DNA of 64,000 nucleotides from NCBI GenBank assembly GCA_963823255.1, contig CAWGKU010000006.1, positions 57,904 to 121,903 of the forward strand. Reading direction: 5' to 3'. The translations under genes were made by a program, and so were the position numbers. Origin of the DNA: an uncultured Actinomycetes bacterium (GTDB taxonomy: Bacteria; Actinomycetota; UBA4738; HRBIN12). This document shows, in pieces, positions 40,875 to 50,775 of this stretch. The number at the start of each line of letters is the position of its first letter. Positions within the stretch are counted from its first letter, which is position 1. The notes below the pieces were generated by a model. The model was not told the DNA's origin. It was given only the letters and a program-made list of their open reading frames with translations, and searched no databases.

Positions 40875-41498
40875 CTACTCGATCACGAGCTCGCCGTGGG
40901 CGGTCGAGACCGCGACCCGGTGGATGCCCGGCTCGTCCTCGATCACCCGGATCGGCAGCTCCTCGCTACCGAGCCACTCGCGGAGCCGTTCCGCGTCGCC
41001 GCCGACCTCGACCCACGCGACCCCATCGGTGCGAACGCCGTGGCCGGCCCGGGCGCGACCCGGGTGCAGCTCGTCCGGGACGTCCCAGGCAAGGAAGAAG
41101 GGCATCCACTGCTCGCGGCGAGGGTCGTCGAGCCCGGCCATCCTCCAGCGAACGACCTCGCCGTCCGGCCGGGTCCTCGAGCCCGAGCCCACCTCCAGCC
41201 CGAGCCGTTCGGCCACACCGTCGAGGTCGTCCGTCGCGACGGCGAGCGTCATCCACCCGCCGCCCGCCCCGGCCCGGTCTATCACCGCCCGACCGAACCC
41301 ACTGCCCGCCGCCGACTCGCGGTCGACCGCCGCCACGAGCTCCACGTACTGGTCGCCGAGGGGCACGATCCGGTTCGCGGTTCCCCAGCGCTCGTGCCGA
41401 CCGCCTTCGGTCGAGTCCAGCCCGAACCTCTCGCGGAACCGGACCGCGGCCTCGTCCAGATCGGGGACGGCGAACACGACGTGGTCGAGCCGCAGCAT
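40875..41498 (-). CDS. VOC (glyoxalase/bleomycin-resistance fold) family protein
   Basis: MLRLDHVVFAVPDLDEAAVRFRERFGL at the N-terminus and a second VOC half VVRWRMAGL.... Confidence 0.55.
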   Translation of the reverse strand: MLRLDHVVFAVPDLDEAAVRFRERFGLDSTEGGRHERWGTANRIVPLGDQYVELVAAVDRESAAGSGFGRAVIDRAGAGGGWMTLAVATDDLDGVAERLGLEVGSGSRTRPDGEVVRWRMAGLDDPRREQWMPFFLAWDVPDELHPGRARAGHGVRTDGVAWVEVGGDAERLREWLGSEELPIRVIEDEPGIHRVAVSTAHGELVIE

Positions 41499-41537
41499 GC
41501 GGCCACCCTAGCCGAAGGTCCCACCTACACTCGGGAT

Positions 41538-41837
41538 GTGATCCGCAGGCTGCTGCCGCTGGTCGTCCTCGTCGTCGCGCTCGTCCCGTCGACCGCCCAC
41601 GCGCAGGAGGTGCGGGGGACGACCGGCCTCGCCGGGACCATCGCGTCCGCGTACGAGATGGTCCCGAGCGCGCTGCACGGGCGGGCGGGCCAGATCGAGA
41701 GCGTCTCCCCCTCGCCCTCCGTGCGGCCGAAGGAGGAGGAGCCGCAGGGCGGGATCGTGACGATCGGCGGGATCCTGATCGCCGGCGTGCTGATCGGCGG
41801 GCTCCTGCTGATGCGGAGCCGCCTGCTCCGGCGCTAG
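41538..41837 (+). CDS. small secreted protein with C-terminal TM helix and RR tail
   Basis: GTG sits 6 nt after TACACT. Signal peptide ...PSTAHAQE; C-terminus GGIVTIGGILIAGVLIGGLLLMRSRLLRR. Confidence 0.35.
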   Translation: MIRRLLPLVVLVVALVPSTAHAQEVRGTTGLAGTIASAYEMVPSALHGRAGQIESVSPSPSVRPKEEEPQGGIVTIGGILIAGVLIGGLLLMRSRLLRR

Positions 41838-41998
41838 GCCTTCGGGCGCTTCATGTACGCGACGAGCGACTGACCACCCATCGGGTTCTGGATCTGCGCC
41901 ACCGACACGAGCTCCCACCCGTCGTCGCCGAACGTGTTCAAGATCTCGCCCGGGTTGTGTTCGAGCAGCGGCGCCACGAAGTACTCCCACTTCTGCAT
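41834..41998 (-). CDS. DUF4177-like small protein
   Basis: MQKWEYFVAPLLEHNPGEILNTFGDDGWELVSVAQIQNPMGGQSLVAYMKRPKA. Confidence 0.45.
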   Translation of the reverse strand: MQKWEYFVAPLLEHNPGEILNTFGDDGWELVSVAQIQNPMGGQSLVAYMKRPKA

Positions 41999-42435
41999 CA
42001 CGAACCCCTCTCGAGTCTCTGCTCCTGCTTCTTGATGCAAACGCCCATGACGACCGTCAGGCCGGCGTCCTCGCCGATCCTGCGCGCGTCGTCGTTCGCG
42101 ATGCCCTCCTGCAACCACAGCACCTTCGCGCCGCGCGCCACCGCCTGCTCGGCGACCTCGGGTGTGTGCTCCGCACGGCGGAACACGTCGACGACGTCGA
42201 TCGCGATCTCCTCGGGTACCTCGAGCAGCGACGCGTACGCGCGCTCGCCGAGCACCTCGGTCGCGTTCGGGTTGACCGGCACGATCCGGTAACCCTTCGA
42301 CTGCAGGAACTCGGCGACCTCGTACGACGGTCGCTCGGGGTTCGTGGACAGCCCGATCACGGCGATGGTCCGCGCGTCGCCCAGGATCGAACGGAGCTCC
42401 TGGTCGCTCGGCACGTAGGTGTCATCGGCGGTCAC
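41998..42435 (-). CDS. CoA-binding domain protein
   Basis: RTIAVIGLSTNPERPSYEVAEFLQSKGYRIVPVNP...IDVVDVFR; GTG overlaps the Nudix stop by GTGA and follows GGGAG. Confidence 0.6.
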   Translation of the reverse strand: MTADDTYVPSDQELRSILGDARTIAVIGLSTNPERPSYEVAEFLQSKGYRIVPVNPNATEVLGERAYASLLEVPEEIAIDVVDVFRRAEHTPEVAEQAVARGAKVLWLQEGIANDDARRIGEDAGLTVVMGVCIKKQEQRLERGS

Positions 42436-42992
42436 GTTCGGCTCCCGAGCCGTTCGAGCAGCTGGTGCAGGATCCCGGCCGTCGCGCCCCAGACCGTGTT
42501 CCCGTCGCTCATCGGGTACGCGAACCCACGGTACACGTGCCCGTCCTTCGGCCACTCCACCGTGGTCTCGGCCGCCGTGAGCTCGTCGAGCGGGTAGGCG
42601 AGGACCTCCGCGATCTCGGCCTCGCTGGGCGCGAACACCGGGTCTCCCGAGACCAACCCGACGAACGGCACGATCAGGATCGAGGACACGAACGTGTGGA
42701 CCGGCGCGAGCGCCCCAAGCATCTCGACCTCCTCGGGCGGGAGCCCGAGCTCCTCCTGCGTCTCGCGCAGGGCCGTCGCCGCCAGGTCCGCGTCCTCGTC
42801 CTGCGTGAGACCACCCGGGAACGAGATCTCGCCCGGGTGCCGCGACAGGTGTTCGGTTCGGCGCGTCAGGACGAGGCGGTCCTCGACGAGCGGGAGCAGC
42901 ACCGCGGCAAGACGGTTGCCCGGGCCCGCCGTCGGTGACGGACTGGGGTCCAGGCTCCCCTCGAGGCGCGTGCGCACGTCGCTCCGGTACAT
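42432..42992 (-). CDS. NUDIX hydrolase, CoA pyrophosphatase (NudL)-like
   Basis: Nudix box GEISFPGGLTQDEDADLAATALRETQEELGL. Confidence 0.65.
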   Translation of the reverse strand: MYRSDVRTRLEGSLDPSPSPTAGPGNRLAAVLLPLVEDRLVLTRRTEHLSRHPGEISFPGGLTQDEDADLAATALRETQEELGLPPEEVEMLGALAPVHTFVSSILIVPFVGLVSGDPVFAPSEAEIAEVLAYPLDELTAAETTVEWPKDGHVYRGFAYPMSDGNTVWGATAGILHQLLERLGSRT

Positions 42993-43000
42993 TCGCCGCC

Positions 43001-44191
43001 ATGGTAGAGGAGGCGGTCGTTTCCGCCGTCGTCGAGCAGGTGGACCCGGGCGAGGTGCTCGGGTTCGCGCGCAGGCTCATCACGACGCCGAGCGAGAACC
43101 CCGGCGGCACCGAGGACGCCGTCGCCGAGGTGGCGATGGAGATCCTCGAGGGGCTCGGCGGCGCCCCCGAGATCGTCCGTGGCGATGAGGGACGCCCGAG
43201 CGTCGTCGCGCGGTTCGGCAACGGCGACCGGCCGGCGCTCGCGTGGAACGGCCACCTCGACGTCGTCCCCGCCGGAGACCTCTCGGCGTGGCGGCATCCA
43301 CCGTTCGGCGCCGAGGTCGTCGACGGCGCGCTGATCGGGCGGGGGGCGGCGGACATGAAGGGCGGCATCGCGAGCGCGCTTGCCGCGGTCTCGGCGATCC
43401 GTCGCTCGGGCGTCGAGCTCGCCGGCCGGCTCGATCTCCACCTCGCGGCCGACGAGGAGCTCGCCGGCCTGCACGGGACCAAGGTCCTGTTCGAACGCGG
43501 CTACCTCGACCAGGACGCGGCCATCGTCGGCGAGGCGACGAACCTGAACCTCGCCCTGGCCGAACGGGGCGGCGCGTGGATCACCGCCACCGCTCGCGGC
43601 AAGGCGGCGCACGGCTCCACGCCGCACTTCGGCGTGAGCGCGATCACCTCGATGGCGCGGTTCCTGCTCCGGATCGAGGAGGTCCTGCCCGACCTCGAGC
43701 ATCCGCTCGTCGGGCGACCGACCGTGAACGCGGCGATCATCCAGGGCGGGAGCGCTCCCAACGTGGTGGCCGACCGCTGCGTCGTCGAGATCGACCGCCG
43801 GATCATCCCGGGCGAGACGGAGCCCGAGAAGGTGCTCGAGCCGTTCGAACGGCTCGCGGATTCGATCCGCTCCGAGCATCCGGAGGTGGACCTGTCGTTC
43901 GCGATCGGGCAGTGGACCGAGGCGGCCGAGGTCAGCGGGGACCCGGCGATCGCCGAGCTCTGCCGAACCGCCGTGCGGGAGGAGACCGGGCGCGAGCCGC
44001 TCGACACCGGGTTCACCGGCATCACCGACGCCCGCTTCTACCTGAACGAGCGGAGCATCCCGACGATCATCCTCGGACCCGGCTCCCTCGGCGTGGCCCA
44101 CATGGCGAACGAGTCGGTCGAGATCGCCCAGCTCGTGGCCGCGGCCCGCATCTACGCGCGGGTGTTCACGCGGTTCCTCGACGGTTCGTGA
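43001..44191 (+). CDS. M20-family metallopeptidase / deacylase (ArgE/DapE-like)
   Basis: GHLDVVPAG...GRGAADMKGG...DEE motif. ATG sits 7 nt after TACATT. Confidence 0.7.
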   Translation: MVEEAVVSAVVEQVDPGEVLGFARRLITTPSENPGGTEDAVAEVAMEILEGLGGAPEIVRGDEGRPSVVARFGNGDRPALAWNGHLDVVPAGDLSAWRHPPFGAEVVDGALIGRGAADMKGGIASALAAVSAIRRSGVELAGRLDLHLAADEELAGLHGTKVLFERGYLDQDAAIVGEATNLNLALAERGGAWITATARGKAAHGSTPHFGVSAITSMARFLLRIEEVLPDLEHPLVGRPTVNAAIIQGGSAPNVVADRCVVEIDRRIIPGETEPEKVLEPFERLADSIRSEHPEVDLSFAIGQWTEAAEVSGDPAIAELCRTAVREETGREPLDTGFTGITDARFYLNERSIPTIILGPGSLGVAHMANESVEIAQLVAAARIYARVFTRFLDGS

Positions 44192-45560
44192 TGGAGCGGT
44201 TCGACGTCTTCGTGATCGGCGGCGGCGGGACCGGTTCCGAGGTCGCCTTCCAGCTCGCGCAGCGATCGGACCTCCGCATCGCGATCGCCGAGCGCGACAA
44301 GCTCGGCGGCGAATGCAGCCACTACGGCTGCGTCCCGACCAAGGTGATGCTCCGCAGCGCCAAGATCGCCCGGCTCTCGAGGGACGCCTCGAGGTTCGGG
44401 CTGCGGATCCCCTCGGTCGAGGTCGACCTGCCGGCGATCCAGCGCCGCGCCCACGAGGTGATCGACGCCGGCTCCGGCGAGGGCGCGAAGCCCTTCGAGG
44501 ACGCGGGGATCTCGGTGTTCCTCCAGCAGGCGCACCTGACCGGCGAGCACCGGATCGAGCTCGAGGACGGGACGGAGCTCGAGGCCGACCGGGTCGTGTT
44601 CACGACCGGCACCGAGACCGCCGTGCCGCCCGATCCCGGGGCTGGCCGACGGCCCGTACTGGACGAACCGGGAGGCGATCTGGGGACCGGACGCCCCGCC
44701 GGCCTCGCTCGCGGTGATCGGCACCGGCGCGATCGGCATCGAGTTCGCGCAGATCTACGCGCGGTTCGGCACGGCGGTCACCGCGATCGAGGTGCTGCCT
44801 CAGGTCCTGCCCCACGAGGACGAGGACGCCGCCGCGGCGCTCGTCCCCGCGTTCGAGGAGGAGGGGATCCTGCTCCTGCCGGGCAGCACGATCGAACGCG
44901 CCGAGCACGACGGCCGCGGATGGACGATCTCGCTCGCCGGTGGCAGGACCCTGCAGACGGAGGCGCTCCTGGTCGCCGCGGGCCGGCGGCCGGTGTTCGA
45001 CGGCCACGAGCTCGATGCGGTCGGCATAGAGCTCGACGATCACGGGCGGCCCGTGCTCTCCGAGACGCTCCGCACCACGGCCCCGAACGTGTGGGCGGCG
45101 GGCGACGCGACCGGCGAACTCCTGTTCACGCACGTCGGCTCGTACGAGGCCGAGATCGTGATCGACGACATCCTGGGCGCGCCCCGCGCGCGCGACTACC
45201 GCGTGGTCCCGCGCGTGACGTTCTGCGATCCGGAGGTCGCGAGCGTCGGGTTGACCGAGCGCGCCGCGCGCGACGCCGGCCGCGAGGTCCGCACCGCGAT
45301 CCGAAGGCTCGACGACAACGAGCGCTCGGACATCGACGGGAGCCCGTTCGGGCTGGTGAAGCTGGTGGCGGACGCGCGCTCGGGCGAGCTCCTGGGCGGT
45401 CACATCGTGGGCGAGGAGGCCGGGGCCATGATCCACGAGGTCGTCGCGGCGATGTCCGGCCGGGTGCCCGCATCGGCGATCGGGGACGCGATCCACGCGT
45501 ACCCCACGCTGTCCGAGAGCGTGAAGGGTGCCTTCCATGGACCTCGCCGAGCGTCCGTGA
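44191..45560 (+). CDS. class-I flavoprotein disulfide reductase (Lpd / mycothione-reductase / MerA-like); frameshift near 44640 and probably a second near 45530
   Basis: FDVFVIGGGGTGSEVA...GGECSHYGCVPTK redox-active disulfide, then a frame change to AVIGTGAIGIEFAQIYARFG...AYPTLSE. The ATG overlaps the M20 stop (TGATG). In the second frame there is no stop before erpA, so the 3' end is inferred. Confidence 0.5.
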
Positions 45561-45586
45561 CCGGGGCGCGGGGTATCCTGGAGGGC

Positions 45587-45931
45587 ATGGAGCAGACCGC
45601 CACGGTGATCACGGTGACGGATCGGGCCGCCGGCAAGATCCGGCAGCTCGCCGCCAAGGAGGGACGCACGGACCCGGTGCTCCGCGTCCGGGTGGTCGCC
45701 GGTGGGTGCTCCGGCTTCTCCTACGAGCTGTCCTTCGCGGACGCCCCCGAGGGAGAGGACCACGTGATCCCCGCGGCGGACGGCGTCCGGGTGCTGGTGG
45801 ACCGCCGGAGCGCGCCGATCGTCGAGGGTTCGACCCTCGAGTTCAACGACGCGCTCCTCGGTGGCGGCCTCAAGATGCTGAACCCCCGCGCGACGCACGA
45901 GTGCGCGTGCGGCGACTCGTTCTCCGTCTAG
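45587..45931 (+). CDS. erpA: A-type Fe-S cluster insertion/carrier protein (IscA/ErpA/HesB)
   Basis: VVAGGCSGFSYELSF...HECACGDSF; 114 aa. Confidence 0.7.
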   Translation: MEQTATVITVTDRAAGKIRQLAAKEGRTDPVLRVRVVAGGCSGFSYELSFADAPEGEDHVIPAADGVRVLVDRRSAPIVEGSTLEFNDALLGGGLKMLNPRATHECACGDSFSV

Positions 45932-45951
45932 CTCCGTCTGACGCGATCCCG

Positions 45952-46353
45952 CTACGAGACCTCGATCTGTCCCGTCATCTGCGGGTGGATGTTGCAATGG
46001 AAGCCCGTAGAGGCCGAGACGTCCACGGTGACGGTCTCGGTCGCGCCGGGATCCATCGTTTGGTCAACGCTGCCGTCGTCCAGCGTGAACGTGTGGGTGG
46101 TGCTGTCGTTGTTGGTGATCGTGACCTCGGTCGGACCCGACACCGTGATCGTGCTCGGGTCGAACGCGAACCCGGCGATCGTGATGGTCGTCCCGCCGCC
46201 GCCGCCCGTCGCCGCGGTGCTGCCGGTGCTGCCGGTCGCGCCTCCGGTCGTCGCGGTCGTGCCGCCTCCGTTGTCGTCGCTGCTGCACGCGGCTACGACC
46301 AGCGAGAGCACGAAGAGCCCGGCCACCAGCCGGACCCACTTCGCCTTCGTCAT
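45952..46353 (-). CDS. cupredoxin (amicyanin/plastocyanin-like) lipoprotein
   Basis: ATG follows GGAGG; lipobox LVVAACSS; Gly/Thr linker; Cu ligands HTF...[10 protein letters not shown]. Confidence 0.6.
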   Translation of the reverse strand: MTKAKWVRLVAGLFVLSLVVAACSSDDNGGGTTATTGGATGSTGSTAATGGGGGTTITIAGFAFDPSTITVSGPTEVTITNNDSTTHTFTLDDGSVDQTMDPGATETVTVDVSASTGFHCNIHPQMTGQIEVS

Positions 46354-46465
46354 CCTCCACCTCCGTCCTCGAAGTCGATCCGGCCAGCCTAGCCCACACG
46401 GCCACGAAGGGAGTCCGGCCCGGGATCGACCGGTTCCGGGACGACTGCTCCTATACTTCGCCCGG

Positions 46466-47599
46466 ATGCCGAGCAGCGCCGACAAGACCCAGTGGCGTCA
46501 CCTCTACGACGAGGTCGTCCTCACGGGGCTGTGCACCGGATGCACCGCGTGCATCGTGGCGTGTCCGTTCCACGTCCTCGGCTACGAGGACGACGTCCCC
46601 GTCCAGCTCCAGGAGGACGGTCCGGACGCGTGCGCCCACGGCGACCGAGGGTGTTCGCTCTGCACCCTGGCGTGCCCCCGCTTCCGCGAATGGGAGTCCG
46701 AGATCGACCAGCTCCTGTTCGGCCAGACCCGCAAGCCGGAGGACGTGATCGGCCAGTACCAGGACATCGTCCTGGCGCGCGGCACGCTGCCCGAGGCACT
46801 CATGCACGGCCAGGACGGCGGCGTCGTCTCGGCGCTGCTGATCTGGGGCCTGCGCACCGGCGAGATCGACGGCGCCCTCACCTCGAAGCTCTCGGACGAA
46901 CGTGAGTGGGACGCCGAGCCCACGGTCGTCACGGACGCCGAGGGAGTGCTCGCGACGGCCGGGTCCCGCTACACCTACTCGGCGAACCCGCTCGCCCTCA
47001 TCAAGGCCGCCGAGATGGGGCTCTCGAAGGTGGCGCTCGTGGGGATGTCGTGCCAGGCGAGCGTGACGGGCTCGATGACTGCCCGCCGGGTCAACAAGTG
47101 GGCGAAGAAGATCAACTGGACGTTCGGGCTCCTGTGCTCGAAGAGCTTCACCTACGACGGCCTGATGGTCGAGATCGCGCAGAACCGGCTGGGGCTCGAC
47201 CTCGACGACCTCGTCCGGGTGAACGTGAAGGGCAAGCTGCTCTTCTACACGCAGGACGGCGAGGAGGTCACCTACTCGCTGAAGCAGGCCCACGAGTTCA
47301 CGCGCCCGGGGTGCCTGCGGTGCCCGGACTTCGCCGCCGAGCACGCGGACATCTCGTTCGGCGGGCTCGGGCAGAGCGACGGCTGGACGCTGACGATCAT
47401 CCGCACCGACAAGGGCCGCGACCTGTGGGATCGGGCCGTGGCGGACGGCGTGGTCGAGTGGCGGCCGGGGTCGGAGGATCCCGCCGCGATCTCCCTGATG
47501 TCGAAGCTGGCCGCGAAGTCACGGGCTCGTTGGGGCGAAACCCCCTGGGGTGCCCCGGGCGAGATCCCCGCCCCCGAACCCGCCTCCGAGAGCACGTAG
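46466..47599 (+). CDS. FrhB/FdhB/FpoF-family oxidoreductase (N-terminal 2x[4Fe-4S] ferredoxin domain plus F420/flavin-binding FrhB-like core)
   Basis: [13 protein letters not shown] and [11 protein letters not shown] clusters, then ...[16 protein letters not shown]...[23 protein letters not shown] sits 8 nt after TATACT. Confidence 0.6.
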   Translation: MPSSADKTQWRHLYDEVVLTGLCTGCTACIVACPFHVLGYEDDVPVQLQEDGPDACAHGDRGCSLCTLACPRFREWESEIDQLLFGQTRKPEDVIGQYQDIVLARGTLPEALMHGQDGGVVSALLIWGLRTGEIDGALTSKLSDEREWDAEPTVVTDAEGVLATAGSRYTYSANPLALIKAAEMGLSKVALVGMSCQASVTGSMTARRVNKWAKKINWTFGLLCSKSFTYDGLMVEIAQNRLGLDLDDLVRVNVKGKLLFYTQDGEEVTYSLKQAHEFTRPGCLRCPDFAAEHADISFGGLGQSDGWTLTIIRTDKGRDLWDRAVADGVVEWRPGSEDPAAISLMSKLAAKSRARWGETPWGAPGEIPAPEPASEST

Positions 47600-47649
47600 G
47601 CACCCCCGATCCGGCGGTTCCTCAACGCCGAGCCGTTGCGCGACCGATG

Positions 47650-48330
47650 ATCGGATCAGGCGGCGGCGACCCGGCGCGCCGGGGACGCCTCGGTTCCGGA
47701 GCGAGCGGGTGCATCCCGATGGACCGGGACCGCGTCTTCGCGGTCGACCAGGAAACCAACGCACGGGGAGCCCCTACGTCGCGGAGTAGCGGTTCCTCAA
47801 GGCCGACGGCACCTACCTCTGGGTCCACGACGAGTCCACCCTCGTCCGGCGGCCCGACGGCTCGGGCTTCCGGCAGGGGTCGTGCTCGACATCCCGAACG
47901 AAGGAGGCGGAGAACCGCCTCGCCGAGACCGAGCAGCGCTACCGCCTGCTGGTCGAACGCATCCCGCTCCTGATCTACGTCCAGGAGATCGACCCGGACA
48001 CGGGCGGGTCGGTGACTACGTACCTTCCCCCGCCAACGACGCCCTGATCGGCTACACCGCCGAGGAGGTCCAGGCGGACCCCGCCTTGTGGACGCGCCTG
48101 ATCCACCCAGACGACCGTGACCGGGTGCGTGGGGCCGATCGGGCCACCAACGTGAGCGGCGACGACTTCTCGCTCGAGTCCCGGATGCTCCATCGGGACG
48201 GCCGGACGGTCTGGGTGCAGGACGTCGCGACGCTGGTCGAGTCCGAGGACCGTCGCTACTGGCAGGGCTTCATGCTGGACATCACCGAACGCAAGGAGGC
48301 CGAGCAGAAGGTGCGCGTCCGCGTCTACCT
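47650..48330 (+). pseudogene. tandem PAS-domain sensor remnant; no start or output domain, multiple frameshifts
   Basis: Fragments in three frames: RFLKADGTYLWVHDESTLVRRPDGSGF / VVLDITERKEAENRLAETEQRYRLLVERIPLLIYVQEIDPDTG / ALIGYTAEEVQADPALWTRLIHPDDRDRV...RMLHRDGRTVWVQDVATLVESEDRRYWQGFMLDITERKEAEQK. Confidence 0.4.
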
Positions 48331-48394
48331 CACGGTCGAACGCGAGCCACCCGCCGAGCTCGGGACCGCGGTCGACAGCGAGCCTCGGGTTCGG

Positions 48395-48724
48395 TCAGCC
48401 GACGGCGGGCCAGGCGGCGACCACCGGATGGTCCACGCTGCTCGGGCCGACCTGGGCGGCTCCGCCCGGCGATCCGATGCCGCTGATGGTGTCGTTGAAC
48501 CACTCGGCGTTGATCGGGGTGAACTGCTTCCACTCCGCCGGCACGTCGTCCTCGTAGAAGATCGCCGTCACGGGACACACCGGCTCGCACGCGCCGCAGT
48601 CCACGCACTCGTCCGGGTGGATGTAGAGCATCCGAGGCCCCTCGTAGATGCAGTCGACCGGGCACTCGTCGACGCAGGCCTTGTCCTTGATGTCGATGCA
48701 CGACTCGCAGATCGTGTAGGTCAT
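48395..48724 (-). CDS. fdxA: 7Fe ferredoxin (FdxA type)
   Basis: CIDIKDKACVDECPVDCIY...CVDCGACEPVCPV. Confidence 0.8.
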   Translation of the reverse strand: MTYTICESCIDIKDKACVDECPVDCIYEGPRMLYIHPDECVDCGACEPVCPVTAIFYEDDVPAEWKQFTPINAEWFNDTISGIGSPGGAAQVGPSSVDHPVVAAWPAVG

Positions 48725-48801
48725 CGCCTGGTCCCCTCTCCGCGCTCCGTTCTCTGAGCTTGCCGGTTTTCCCCGTTTCCACGGTGCCGACCTTGTAAAC
48801 C

Positions 48802-49812
48802 CTAGTCTACGGCCCCCGGGCTCGTGCGCAAGTCGTGCGTGGGATCTCGACCCGGGGCGAGCGCCCGCAGCGTGGTCTCGATCGAGGCGGCAGGGTCCGC
48901 GGTCGCCACCGGGTACACGATCGGCAGGTCGGCCCCCGCCTCGCGGAACGCCTCGACACGATCCCGCGCCTCACCCCCCACCGCGCAGACGGCCCGAACG
49001 AGGACCTCGGGCACGTCTCCCGGGCGCCCGGCACGGTGCGCCTGCCCCGCGACCGCGGCCTGCGGCCCCAGCCCCACCTCGTCGAACTGGCGCCGGTACG
49101 CCCGGTACGACGCGTACTGGCCCGCCATCGCCCGGAGCGCGGACATCGCCTCGGTCTCGTCCGGACCGACCCACGCCCGCACGTACACCGCGACCATCAC
49201 GGAGGCCGGATCGCGCTCGGCCGCCTCGGCGCCCTCGGCGATCCGCGCGCGCGCGAACGGCACCCGTTCCGGCGGACACCAGTTGAGGATGACGCCGTCG
49301 GCGATCTCGCCCGCGAGCCGCATCGCCTTGGGTCCCAGCGCGGAGACCCAGATCGGGACGTCGCGACCCGGCGGCAGCGAGAGGCTCGTCGAGTGGCCCT
49401 GGTCCTCCTCCAGCGTCTCGCCCCGGAGCAGGACCCGCACGCGCCGCACCGTCTCGCGGAGCTCGTCGAGCGCGCCCGTTCCGACGTCCCCCGTTCCCAG
49501 ACCCAGGATCAGGCGGCCACCCGAGCGCTCGTGCACCGCCGCCGCGCCCATCGCGGTCAGCAGCGGGGTCCGCGAGCGCATCGGGAGCACGCCGGTGCCC
49601 AGCAGCAGGCGGCGCGTCTCGCCGGCGAACATCCCCAACGTGACGAGCGCGTCTCGGCCCGTGATCTCGGGCAGGAACACCGCGGTGTAACCCGCGGGTT
49701 CGGCGGCGCGCACGATCGGGGAGAGGTCCGTCCAGGGCAACGCGTACCGCACGGCGAAGCCGGTTCCGCTCGGTTGTCGGCGCGTCGTCACGCCTGGCAT
49801 CGTCCCACGCAT
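48802..49812 (-). CDS. LLM-class F420-dependent oxidoreductase
   Basis: Luciferase-like TIM barrel ...RLILGLGTGD...; 336 aa. Confidence 0.65.
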   Translation of the reverse strand: MRGTMPGVTTRRQPSGTGFAVRYALPWTDLSPIVRAAEPAGYTAVFLPEITGRDALVTLGMFAGETRRLLLGTGVLPMRSRTPLLTAMGAAAVHERSGGRLILGLGTGDVGTGALDELRETVRRVRVLLRGETLEEDQGHSTSLSLPPGRDVPIWVSALGPKAMRLAGEIADGVILNWCPPERVPFARARIAEGAEAAERDPASVMVAVYVRAWVGPDETEAMSALRAMAGQYASYRAYRRQFDEVGLGPQAAVAGQAHRAGRPGDVPEVLVRAVCAVGGEARDRVEAFREAGADLPIVYPVATADPAASIETTLRALAPGRDPTHDLRTSPGAVD

Positions 49813-50464
49813 GGAACCAGTGCGGTTCGGGACCGAGGACGGCGTGTCGCTCGAGGGCGAGTTACGACGCCCCGAGACGCCATCCGTCGGCTCGGCCGTG
49901 ATCTGCCACGCGCACCCGCGTCACGGCGGGAGCAAGGACCATCCCATCCTGTGGGCGCTCCGCAACGAGCTCGCCTCACGCGGGTTCGTCGTGCTCGCGT
50001 TCAACTTCCGCGGGACGATGCGCAGCGCCGGCACCTACGGAGCCGGTCACGCCGAGACCAAGGACGTCCGAGCCGCGATCGGGCGCGTCCGAGAGGAAGC
50101 CGAAGGACCCACGATCGTCTGCGGGTGGTCGTTCGGGGCGAACGTGGCGCTGCGCGAGGCGCTGACCGACGAGCGGGTGGGCGCGCTCGCGCTCATCGGG
50201 CTGCCGCTCGAACCCGCCGACATCGAGATCCCGCCGACGCCGAGGCCGTCGGAGCTGCGCACCTTCGCGAGCCCCACCCTGCTGGTCGCCGGCGAGGGCG
50301 ACGTCTACTGCCCGCGACCACCGCTGGAGGCGCTCGGCGCGGCGATGTCGAAGGCGGAGGTGGTCGTCGTGCCGGGCACCGACCACTACCTGTGGCGCCG
50401 CGAGAAGGAGGTCGCCGAGACGGTGGGTTCGTTCGCCGAACGCGTGCTGTGTCGAGGGATCTGA
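49811..50464 (+). CDS. alpha/beta hydrolase
   Basis: Nucleophile elbow GWSFGA; ICHAHPRHGG; 217 aa. Confidence 0.6.
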   Translation: MEPVRFGTEDGVSLEGELRRPETPSVGSAVICHAHPRHGGSKDHPILWALRNELASRGFVVLAFNFRGTMRSAGTYGAGHAETKDVRAAIGRVREEAEGPTIVCGWSFGANVALREALTDERVGALALIGLPLEPADIEIPPTPRPSELRTFASPTLLVAGEGDVYCPRPPLEALGAAMSKAEVVVVPGTDHYLWRREKEVAETVGSFAERVLCRGI

Positions 50465-50754
50465 CGCCGACTAGTCCGCCGGTCCCGCCGGTCCCGCCGG
50501 TCCCGGCGCCCCCGCCCGGCACTGCGCATCACCAGGAACGGGAAGAACACGAACGTGAACCCGAGCAACCGGGGGAACGCGAACACCCCGAGGAGCACGA
50601 ACACCATCGAGAGACCGATCCACGTGCCCGGCATCCCCCACCACGGCCGCTCGGGCTCGAGGGTCCGTTGCCGCCGGTAGGTCAGCACGATCGCGACCAC
50701 CGCCACGAACGCGAACGCGGGGAGCAGGATCAACGCGAGGGTGCCCATCGACAC
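50386..50754 (-). CDS. small membrane protein with Arg/Asp-repeat tail; end uncertain
   Basis: Two TM helices; the tail RDRRDRRDRR is encoded by a 3x9-nt tandem repeat. Confidence 0.3.
   Translation of the reverse strand: MSMGTLALILLPAFAFVAVVAIVLTYRRQRTLEPERPWWGMPGTWIGLSMVFVLLGVFAFPRLLGFTFVFFPFLVMRSAGRGRRDRRDRRDRRTSRRQIPRHSTRSANEPTVSATSFSRRHR
50475..50501. repeat. 3 x 9-nt perfect tandem repeat (CGCCGGTCC)3
   Basis: cgccggtcc cgccggtcc cgccggtcc, read directly. Confidence 0.7.
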
Positions 50755-50775
50755 CCAGGGTACGGCTCGGCCGCG

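Noticed and set aside
44714-45931. A single fused disulfide-reductase-IscA protein
   Set aside because: erpA has its own SD (GGAGG-N3-ATG) and the usual 114-aa size. The fusion is more likely an artefact of a missed frameshift near 45530 that hides the reductase stop (TGA 45558 in the adjacent frame).
43243-46392. 1049-aa + ORF; similarly 48835..51954 (1039 aa) and 60111..63698 (1195 aa)
   Set aside because: GC-rich frames with no stops that span several real genes on both strands. Short in-frame segments coincide with real genes (for example the disulfide-reductase N-terminus), but the long ORFs themselves are artefacts.
50475-50501. CRISPR array
   Set aside because: Only three 9-nt units with no spacers; it is a microsatellite, not CRISPR. 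No other repeat-spacer structure was seen in the window.
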